Notes under the pieces: generated by a model
Databases searched by the model: none
What the model was told of the DNA's origin: nothing
The model's input: only the letters and a program-made list of their open reading frames with translations
NCBI GenBank assembly: GCA_041659445.1
Contig: JBAZYG010000002.1
Location: forward strand, 180,001-212,000
Reading direction: 5' to 3'
From: Candidatus Saccharimonadota bacterium
GTDB taxonomy: Archaea; Nanobdellota; Nanobdellia; Pacearchaeales; GW2011-AR1
Length of the DNA stretch: 32,000 nucleotides
Shown: piece after piece, positions 7,409-13,913 of the stretch
Layout of the letters: every line of letters begins with the position of its first letter
Position numbering within the stretch: the first letter of the stretch is position 1
Translations under genes and position numbers: made by a program

Positions 7409-9925
7409 ATGAATAAAATAATAAAAACAAAAAATTCAAAACAAAAAACATTTTCATTAATAGAATCTCTGATTTTGATAATTGCAATTTTTGCATTTGC
7501 CTGGATGATTGGCTCTGAATTTAAAACAGTAAGTGCTGCGACTTGTGTCCAAGGTCCAATAGGTAATGGTCTTCAAGAATGTTCTAATGAAGGAGACTTG
7601 GCCTGTGATAATAATCAAGATGTGGGGGCTATACTTGAATGTATTCAACCAACATCGGGTATAGCAGGAGTAGATCCTAATAAATTATATTGGAATGGTT
7701 ATGCCTTGTGTGATGATAATGAAATTTGTTCAAATTGCGAATGTGCTCCTATTGAAGAAGAAACTCCAGTTATTGATGAACCAGAAGTAGAAGTGCCTGA
7801 AGAAGAAAGCGGAGAATCTAATCCTAATGGATTAAAAAGTTGGGAAACTGCTCTTATTGGAGATATAACTGGAATAGTTCTAGAAAAAGGTAGCGAGTTA
7901 TTATTTAGTTCTGGAAGAGCAGGAACAACTGGAGGTGAAGCAGCAGCGCAAACAGGAACAGAAGTTGCAAGCGGAAGTAGTAGTGGTTTTTTAGATTCAT
8001 TTATAGGAGTTCTTGGAAAAGGGGGGGAATCTGTAGCAGGAAGTATTGGGGGAGCAATCGGCTCTTCATTAGGTGTTATTGCAATGGCTTGGGCAGCATA
8101 TAGTGGAATAGTTTATTTTTTAGATGCAATGGGCGTTGCTTGGGAAAATTATCATACTCTTGAACAAACTGCACTTTACACTACTATTGGAGTTTCAGCA
8201 TTGGGTGTTATTTACGGAGTTCTTCTTTATGTAGGTATTTTAGCAACAATTCCCGGAGCAGGTTGGATTGCAGCAGCAATAATTATTGTTGTAACTGCAA
8301 TTGTAGCAGCTTTTACATATCAAGATTTTTCACTTGAAACTTTTACTTATATTGTTCAACCATGGAAAGCTCCTTATGGAGGAGAAAGATGTGAAAAATG
8401 TAATAAATTAGATTATGGATGCAATGAATATCAATGTCATTCTTTTGGTGCTGCTTGTGGAATTGTAAACAAAGGAACACAAGATGAAAAATGTGCATGG
8501 TTAAATCCCGACGACCATTTATCTCCAGATATTACTTTAAATCAACAAGTTTTAGATGAACAAGATTTAAAATCAAAACCACTTGATATTACTCTTCCAA
8601 GTTCAGAAAAAGGTTTTGAAATATTACCTAAATCAGGAGAAGAATGCATCGCATCTTTTACAGAGGTAAAAATTGGTTTAATTACAAATGAATTAGCAGA
8701 ATGTAAATTTGATTTAAATCGTTCAAAAGAATATAACAATATGTTAAGCTACATGGAAGAAGGAAATTCATTAATTTATAATCACACATTAATCATACCT
8801 GCTGCAGGAGCACCAAGTACATCTGCTTTAGAAAATTTAGGAATTGAATTAGAAAACGGATTACCAAAGTATTTATTATATTTCAAATGTCGAGATATGA
8901 ATGAAAATACAAACAATGCGGATTTTATAATTCAATTTTGTATTGAAGAAGGTCCAGATACTCATGCACCTGTTATTAAAGGAACAAGTGTTACAAATCC
9001 AGCGTATATTTCTAATAATCAAACTTCTGCAGAAATAGAAGTTTACACAAATGAACCTGCAGATTGCAAATGGGATTTTGAAGATACAAGCTATGATAGA
9101 ATGACTTATAATATGACTGATTGTTCTTCACAACTTCAAGATTATTTAGTAGGATATAATTATGGATGCAAAGTAAATTTAACAGGAATTAAAAAAGAGC
9201 AACAAAATAAATATTATTTTAGATGTAAAGACCAACCTTGGTTAAGCACAGATGAAGAACATTTAAGAAATCCAAGTGGACAATCTTATGTTCAAATTTT
9301 AACTGGAACATCAAGCTTATTAATTGATTCTTTAAAAGTAAATGATAAAGACAAAGGTTCAATAATAAAAGATTCAACATCACCAGTTCAAGTTAGATTA
9401 GTTGCAAAAACTTCAAATGGTGCAGAAGAAGGAAAAGCAAAATGTAAATATTCTTTTGATGGTTTTGAAGATTGGTTTACAAATGGCGGACAATTCTGGC
9501 AAGGAACAGATGGATTCAGAGTTGAAAATTATCAAGATTTATTTTTAGATGCAGGAAATTATAATATTTCAGTAACGTGTTTTGATATTGGTGGAAATGT
9601 TGCATATGATTCTATTGAATTCAGTGTTGAACAAGATCTTCAAGCACCAATAATAACAAGAGCTTATTTTGAAGAAGGATATTTGAAATTAATTACAGAT
9701 GAAGAATCATCATGTGTTTACTCTTTGTTTAATGAAGGATGCAATTATTTATTTGTCGACGGAAATGAAATATCAACAACAGATGGAATTAATCACCTTG
9801 TTGAATGGAGCACAGAAGCAGAAATGTACATAAAATGTAAAGATGAATATGGAAATCTTCCAGAATCTGGACAATGTTCAATTCAAATTTTAAACTCTGA
9901 AAATTTTGAAGAAGAAAGTAATTAA
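7409..9925 (+). CDS. 838-aa multidomain surface/membrane protein: pilin-like N-terminus, Cys-rich module, acidic linker, Gly-rich multi-TM block and four Ig-like repeats
   Basis: The N-terminus KQKT|FSLIESLILIIAIFAFAWMIG resembles the prepilin FTLIE motif. A Cys-rich module spans aa 46-112, an acidic linker aa 115-135, and Gly/Ala/Ser-rich hydrophobic helices aa ~215-305. Four ~100-aa repeats each contain xCK[FWY]... and ...[FIT]xC[KRF]D. Confidence 0.7.
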   Translation: MNKIIKTKNSKQKTFSLIESLILIIAIFAFAWMIGSEFKTVSAATCVQGPIGNGLQECSNEGDLACDNNQDVGAILECIQPTSGIAGVDPNKLYWNGYALCDDNEICSNCECAPIEEETPVIDEPEVEVPEEESGESNPNGLKSWETALIGDITGIVLEKGSELLFSSGRAGTTGGEAAAQTGTEVASGSSSGFLDSFIGVLGKGGESVAGSIGGAIGSSLGVIAMAWAAYSGIVYFLDAMGVAWENYHTLEQTALYTTIGVSALGVIYGVLLYVGILATIPGAGWIAAAIIIVVTAIVAAFTYQDFSLETFTYIVQPWKAPYGGERCEKCNKLDYGCNEYQCHSFGAACGIVNKGTQDEKCAWLNPDDHLSPDITLNQQVLDEQDLKSKPLDITLPSSEKGFEILPKSGEECIASFTEVKIGLITNELAECKFDLNRSKEYNNMLSYMEEGNSLIYNHTLIIPAAGAPSTSALENLGIELENGLPKYLLYFKCRDMNENTNNADFIIQFCIEEGPDTHAPVIKGTSVTNPAYISNNQTSAEIEVYTNEPADCKWDFEDTSYDRMTYNMTDCSSQLQDYLVGYNYGCKVNLTGIKKEQQNKYYFRCKDQPWLSTDEEHLRNPSGQSYVQILTGTSSLLIDSLKVNDKDKGSIIKDSTSPVQVRLVAKTSNGAEEGKAKCKYSFDGFEDWFTNGGQFWQGTDGFRVENYQDLFLDAGNYNISVTCFDIGGNVAYDSIEFSVEQDLQAPIITRAYFEEGYLKLITDEESSCVYSLFNEGCNYLFVDGNEISTTDGINHLVEWSTEAEMYIKCKDEYGNLPESGQCSIQILNSENFEEESN
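8621..9898 (+). repeat. Four tandem ~100-aa protein-level repeats in the C-terminal half of the 838-aa protein
   Basis: Each unit carries a paired-Cys pattern: AECKFD...YFKCRD, ADCKWD...YFRCKD, AKCKYS...SVTCFD, SSCVYS...YIKCKD. Confidence 0.6.
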
Positions 9926-9944
9926 ATATTTAAGAAAAATGAAA

Positions 9945-9950
9945 GGAGGT
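9945..9950 (+). promoter_or_regulatory. Shine-Dalgarno GGAGGT, 9 nt upstream of the internal operon gene at 9960
   Basis: Read directly. Operon-internal genes would need an SD or coupling, whereas first genes look leaderless. Confidence 0.55.
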
Positions 9951-9959
9951 AAAAAATAA

Positions 9960-10493
9960 ATGGTTAAAAAAAATAATTCTTGGTTATTATGGGTTGTTTT
10001 AATCGTCGCTGTTGTTGCAATAATTTTAAGTGCAATTGCAATTTCTAAATCTAATAATATAACAGGAAATAGTATTTTTGATTTTTTTAAAAAATCCTCA
10101 ATTTCAACAAATACTCAAACTCAATCTAAAGGTTTGTTAGCTGATGCGTATTTAGCTTCAGGAAAAAGTTCTGAATCTTTGAAAAATTATGAAGCAGTTT
10201 ATGATGAAAACGGAGAATTAATTTATGAATTGCTTGATGATGCAACTTATTTTAATATTGGAAATACGTATGAACTAATTGAAGATAATAATGGTGTTTT
10301 TCTTAAGTCAAAAATTACAGGATTAATGGTTCCAGGACCAGATCCCGCAGATTGTAAACCAAGATGTACTACAAATGATATATGTACACCCAATGGGCTT
10401 TATTGTAATACTCCTATAACATGTAAAGAAACACAAAAAAAGAATCATTGTCGTTGGCCTAGTAAATTAGGGGGAGAAAGTTCAATAGATTAA
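9960..10493 (+). CDS. Membrane-anchored or secreted small protein with a Cys-rich C-terminus
   Basis: N-terminal hydrophobic helix MVKKNNSWLLWVVLIVAVVAIILSAIAI. C-terminal six-Cys segment CKPRCTTNDICTPNGLYCNTPITCKETQKKNHC. A GGAGGT Shine-Dalgarno lies 9 nt upstream. A T-rich terminator follows. Confidence 0.65.
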   Translation: MVKKNNSWLLWVVLIVAVVAIILSAIAISKSNNITGNSIFDFFKKSSISTNTQTQSKGLLADAYLASGKSSESLKNYEAVYDENGELIYELLDDATYFNIGNTYELIEDNNGVFLKSKITGLMVPGPDPADCKPRCTTNDICTPNGLYCNTPITCKETQKKNHCRWPSKLGGESSID

Positions 10494-10528
10494 TTTCTTT
10501 TTTTATTCTTTTTCTTTTTTTATTTTTT
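10494..10528 (+). terminator. Oligo-T termination tract inside the pilin-like locus
   Basis: TTTCTTTTTTTATTCTTTTTCTTTTTTTATTTTTT lies immediately after the stop at 10493. Archaeal RNAP terminates at T-runs. Confidence 0.5.
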
Positions 10529-10535
10529 CCTAAGA

Positions 10536-10543
10536 TTTATAAG
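10536..10543 (+). promoter_or_regulatory. TATA box (TTTATAAG), 29 nt upstream of the ATG at 10565
   Basis: Same spacing as at 4466, and 24 of 32 positions identical to that region. It is preceded by an oligo-T terminator. Confidence 0.55.
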
Positions 10544-10564
10544 TTCTAATTTCTTTTAAAATTC

Positions 10565-11041
10565 ATGAAGAATAAAAGAGGTTATTTAGAAATTTCTTTT
10601 GGAATGATTTTTACAATTATTTTAATTATTGCATTTATTGCATTTGCATTTTATGCAATTCAAAAATTCATTTTTTTTCAAAAAGATTCTCAATATAGAT
10701 TATTCCTAGAAGATTTTAAATCAGACGTGGATAAAATGTGGAAAACAACTTCAGGTTCACAAGAAGTTAGTTATAGATTACCAAGCTCAATAAAACAAGT
10801 TTGTATTACTCGTAGTTGTTCTGATTTAGGTTTTGAATATAATTGTTATTCACCAGATGATAATTTAGTTTTCAATAGTTCTAAAAATAATTTTGAAAGC
10901 ACTTATATTTCAAATTTAGATATTGAAAAGATTTTAGGAAGTAAAAAAGTTTATTGCTTTGATGTAATTGATAATCAAGTTTCAATGACTTTGATTAAAG
11001 AATATAATTCTGATAAAGTTTTGGTTTTAAAAATAAAATGA
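10565..11041 (+). CDS. Exported hypothetical protein with a class III (pilin-like) signal peptide
   Basis: N-terminus MKNKRG|YLEISFGMIFTIILIIAFIAFAFYAI. It shares K[RK]GYLEISF with the next gene. A TTTATAAG box lies at -29. Confidence 0.65.
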   Translation: MKNKRGYLEISFGMIFTIILIIAFIAFAFYAIQKFIFFQKDSQYRLFLEDFKSDVDKMWKTTSGSQEVSYRLPSSIKQVCITRSCSDLGFEYNCYSPDDNLVFNSSKNNFESTYISNLDIEKILGSKKVYCFDVIDNQVSMTLIKEYNSDKVLVLKIK

Positions 11042-12000
11042 AAATAAAATCTTTGAAAAAAAACAAGAAAGGTTATTTGGAAATTTCTTTTTCCTGGATT
11101 TTTGCTTTTATCGTCGGAGCATTTATTTTATTTCTAGCTATTTTTGCAGTAACAAAATTAATCAAAACAGAATCAACAAGTTCAGATGTTGAAACTTCAA
11201 GACAAATCGAAGTTTTATTAAGTCCTCTTGAAACTTCTTTTGAAGAAGGAAAATTAACAACCCTTTCAACATCAGTTGATTCAAGAATTTTTTCAACATG
11301 TTCAGCGTCAGGAGATTTTGGTAAGCAAACTATTTCTGTAAATCAAAAAGTTTATGGAAAATGGTCAGACACAAATACTGAAATAGAATTTGAAAATAAG
11401 TATTTGTTTTTAGATAAAAATAATGAAGGGAAAATATTTTATTTATTTTCAAAACCTTTTGATTTTGATTTCAAAGTAGCAAGTTTAATTTATTTAATTC
11501 CTTTAGAGAAAAAATATTGTTTTAAAGGAGATATCCCTGAAGAGATTTCAGAAGAATTAGAGCAAATAAATCCTCCTAATGTTTTTGTCGAGGATTCAGA
11601 TAATGATTGTTCTGGAAATGAAATCCAAGTTTGCTTTGGAAATCCTGATGAAAGTTGTGAAATTTCTGTTGATGTTTTTGAATATGCTGTTATAAAAGAA
11701 AATAAAAGAGTTTATTATGAAAACAATAATGCATTATTGTATTCTGCAATTTTTTCAAGTCCTGAATTTTATGAATGTCAAGTTAAGAGAATTATGTTAA
11801 GAGCAAATTCATTAGCAAGCTTATATAAAGATAAATTGTTTTTACCTTCTTTAATAAATTGCAATCCTGAATTAGTATCTGAATTGTCTTATTTTCAAAA
11901 TGTGTTAAGTAATTATGAAGATTCAAATGATTTAGCTTCTGTTTTTTCAAGTGCAGAAGAACTTCAATATAAGAATAATGCGAGGTGTGAAGCATGGTAA
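11038..12000 (+). CDS. Exported hypothetical protein with a class III (pilin-like) signal peptide; N-terminal paralogue of the previous gene
   Basis: N-terminus MKIKSLKKNKKG|YLEISFSWIFAFIVGAFILFLAIFAV. ATGA start/stop overlap with the upstream gene. The ectodomain contains about 9 Cys. Confidence 0.65.
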   Translation: MKIKSLKKNKKGYLEISFSWIFAFIVGAFILFLAIFAVTKLIKTESTSSDVETSRQIEVLLSPLETSFEEGKLTTLSTSVDSRIFSTCSASGDFGKQTISVNQKVYGKWSDTNTEIEFENKYLFLDKNNEGKIFYLFSKPFDFDFKVASLIYLIPLEKKYCFKGDIPEEISEELEQINPPNVFVEDSDNDCSGNEIQVCFGNPDESCEISVDVFEYAVIKENKRVYYENNNALLYSAIFSSPEFYECQVKRIMLRANSLASLYKDKLFLPSLINCNPELVSELSYFQNVLSNYEDSNDLASVFSSAEELQYKNNARCEAW

Positions 12001-12587
12001 AAAAAATTTCAAATTCACGAAAAGCTCAAAACATAAAATCAAAGATTTTGTTAGTTTCGTTTTTTCCGTCGAAAAAAGCTCAAATGAAAATTCAACAAAC
12101 AGCGATAATATTACTAGCAATAACTTTATTATTTGTGTTGGTTGCTTTATTTTTTCTTTCTTTCAAAATTCAAAATTTAAAAAAAGATGCAAATCTAGCA
12201 TCTGAAAAAGATGCAATAATTTTGTCTTCTAAACTTTCTGAAAGCCCTGAATTTTCTTGTCAGCAAGCATTTGGAAACAAAAGAGTTAATTGCATTGATT
12301 CAGATAAATTAATGGCATTAATTGAAAATTCAGACAAATATTCGAATTTTTTCGGAGTTTCAAATATTGAAGTTATTAAAATTCAAGATAAAGAAGAGCT
12401 TTTAACAAAATGCACAGACGCAAATTATCCTAATTGCAATCATTTTTCAGTTTTTGATTCAAACAATTCAGGTTTTAGTTACACTAGTTTTGTTTCGTTG
12501 TGTAGAAAAGTAAACTATCAAGATATTTATTTTTATGACAAATGTGAATTATCTAAATTAATAATAAGTTATGAAAAAATAAGTTAA
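11994..12587 (+). CDS. Exported hypothetical protein with a class III-like signal (KKAQ|MKIQQTAIILLAITLLFVLVALFF)
   Basis: ATGGTAA overlap with the upstream stop. The hydrophobic helix follows KKAQ. A degenerate earlier copy (RKAQNIKSKILLVSFF) precedes it, so the start could instead be the internal ATG. The ectodomain contains 6 Cys. Confidence 0.55.
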   Translation: MVKKISNSRKAQNIKSKILLVSFFPSKKAQMKIQQTAIILLAITLLFVLVALFFLSFKIQNLKKDANLASEKDAIILSSKLSESPEFSCQQAFGNKRVNCIDSDKLMALIENSDKYSNFFGVSNIEVIKIQDKEELLTKCTDANYPNCNHFSVFDSNNSGFSYTSFVSLCRKVNYQDIYFYDKCELSKLIISYEKIS

Positions 12588-12594
12588 AATTTTA

Positions 12595-12682
12595 AAAAAC
12601 AACAAAATGAAAAATAAAAAACTCAAATTAAAATTTGGTAAGTTTCATTTTTCATAAAAACAACAAAATGAAAAACAAAAAA
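12595..12682 (+). repeat. 27-nt direct repeat (one mismatch, 61-nt offset) duplicating the start-codon region of the gene at 12668
   Basis: AAAAACAACAAAATGAAAAA[T/C]AAAAAA occurs at 12595-12621 and 12656-12682. The first copy opens a 16-codon ORF (MKNKKLKLKFGKFHFS*). Confidence 0.6.
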
Positions 12683-13174
12683 GCACAAGAAGAAATGATT
12701 GGATTTGCTTTAATCTTAGTTATAATCGGAGTTATAATTTTGGTTTTTTTCACAATCTCTATTAAAAATAAAACAACTGTTGAAGAAAGTTATGTGACAG
12801 ACAATTTTATTCAAGCTTTGTTACAACATTCAACAGACTGTGCAGAAAACTATGAAACAGATTATTTAGATTTTAGAAGATTGATAAATAAATGTGCAAA
12901 TAGTGGAACAGGAAAATGTTTTCAATCAAGTTGGACATATTGTGAATCTTTAGAAAAAAATTTGAACAGTACTTTAAAGAATTCATGGCAAATTAGTTCA
13001 GATAGTTATTACAAAGCCTATGTTTTGAAAATAAATAATAAAGGAAATGAATTATTAACTATATATGATAGTGCGAATAAAACTGAATTAACTGATGTAA
13101 AAAGTCAATTTAATTCTAAAGGTTCTGTTCAAAATTTAGGGGAAATTGATATTTATTTAGATGTTTATTATTAA
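12668..13174 (+). CDS. Exported hypothetical protein with a class III (pilin-like) signal peptide
   Basis: Start set at the ATG at 12668 (MKNKKA|QEEMIGFALILVIIGVIILVFF) rather than the non-ATG start at 12635 in the track. The ectodomain contains 4 Cys. Confidence 0.6.
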   Translation: MKNKKAQEEMIGFALILVIIGVIILVFFTISIKNKTTVEESYVTDNFIQALLQHSTDCAENYETDYLDFRRLINKCANSGTGKCFQSSWTYCESLEKNLNSTLKNSWQISSDSYYKAYVLKINNKGNELLTIYDSANKTELTDVKSQFNSKGSVQNLGEIDIYLDVYY

Positions 13175-13524
13175 ATTTTAAAACTTATATTTAAAGTATC
13201 CACTGCTAATTCTGGTCTGTGTCTTATTCTTTTTTTTGTTTTTTCTTGTACAAAATCAACAAAACCAAATCTTTCAAGTAATTTAACATCATCAAAAACA
13301 GATTTAAATGGCCTGTTAAGAAGTTTGGCTAATTCATAAATTGATTTTGGTTTTTTGTTTTTTATTACATCTAAAATCCTTGCTTTTTCATTGTTTAAAA
13401 CTTGTCTTAGGGCAGAAATTCCTTCAAAATTATAATCTTTTTTTGAAAATTTTTGTTTGTAAAACACAGAAAAAGTTCCTTTATTTTCTTTTATTTCTAT
13501 TTCACGTGTTTTTGATTTTGACAT
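13171..13524 (-). CDS. Small winged helix-turn-helix transcriptional regulator (family not resolved)
   Basis: 117 aa. The segment SIYELAKLLNRPFKSVFDDVKLLERFGFVDFVQEK looks like an HTH recognition helix plus wing. It is divergent from the S-layer-like gene. Its stop overlaps the convergent upstream stop (TTAA at 13171-13174). Confidence 0.6.
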   Translation of the reverse strand: MSKSKTREIEIKENKGTFSVFYKQKFSKKDYNFEGISALRQVLNNEKARILDVIKNKKPKSIYELAKLLNRPFKSVFDDVKLLERFGFVDFVQEKTKKRIRHRPELAVDTLNISFKI

Positions 13525-13660
13525 TTTTAATGATTTAATTGAATTATTTTCCGTCTATAGTATATATATGTTATTTTTTAATATATATATTTTTTGTTTT
13601 TTGTTGAGAGAGCCTAAAACTCGCTTTAATATGTATTAATAACATAATGGTTACATAAGC

Positions 13661-13668
13661 TTTATAAA
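13661..13668 (+). promoter_or_regulatory. Candidate TATA box for the S-layer-like gene, which would give a 5' leader of about 220 nt
   Basis: This is the only consensus TTTATAAA in the 389-nt intergenic region oriented toward 13914. The AGGAGGT at 13891-13897 requires a transcribed leader. Confidence 0.4.
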
Positions 13669-13673
13669 TAAAA

Positions 13674-13697
13674 CCTAGAATTATAGCTTGTTCTAGG
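13674..13697. promoter_or_regulatory. Perfect palindrome CCTAGAA-N10-TTCTAGG, 5 nt downstream of the candidate TATA box (candidate operator)
   Basis: 7-bp perfect inverted arms read directly. Its position over the predicted transcription start is the classic location of archaeal repressor sites. A divergent wHTH gene is adjacent. Confidence 0.45.
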
Positions 13698-13725
13698 TCA
13701 CAACCGAAAACTTATAGAACAAGCT
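13685..13725 (+). other. Perfect 11-bp stem-loop (AGCTTGTTCTA / TAGAACAAGCT, 19-nt loop), mutually exclusive with the 13674-13697 hairpin
   Basis: Arms at 13685-13695 and 13715-13725 are exact reverse complements. The 5' arm overlaps the 3' arm of the palindrome. Confidence 0.5.
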
Positions 13726-13890
13726 TTTTAAAGGAAATTGAGTTTTTTACATTACGTCAAAGGTCTTATAGGGGATTAATAAGCATTTGAGGGACACGAA
13801 TGCAATATCTTCTATGAGATTGCTAAATAGCCCCCTATCTATTTAGGTGACGCATACGTTACCATTGGTAACTCGCGATATACAATTGAA

Positions 13891-13897
13891 AGGAGGT
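13891..13897 (+). promoter_or_regulatory. Shine-Dalgarno-like AGGAGGT, 16 nt upstream of the S-layer-like gene ATG
   Basis: Read directly. The spacing is longer than usual. Confidence 0.4.
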
Positions 13898-13913
13898 TTT
13901 AAAAAAAATAAAA

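Noticed and set aside
13555-13595. (TA)n-rich stretches (TATAGTATATATATG...AATATATATATT) as a microsatellite or the terminal repeat of a mobile element
   Set aside because: The stretch lies about 30 nt upstream of the wHTH gene start and is best explained as its TATA region. No transposase, target duplication or matching distal repeat is in the window.
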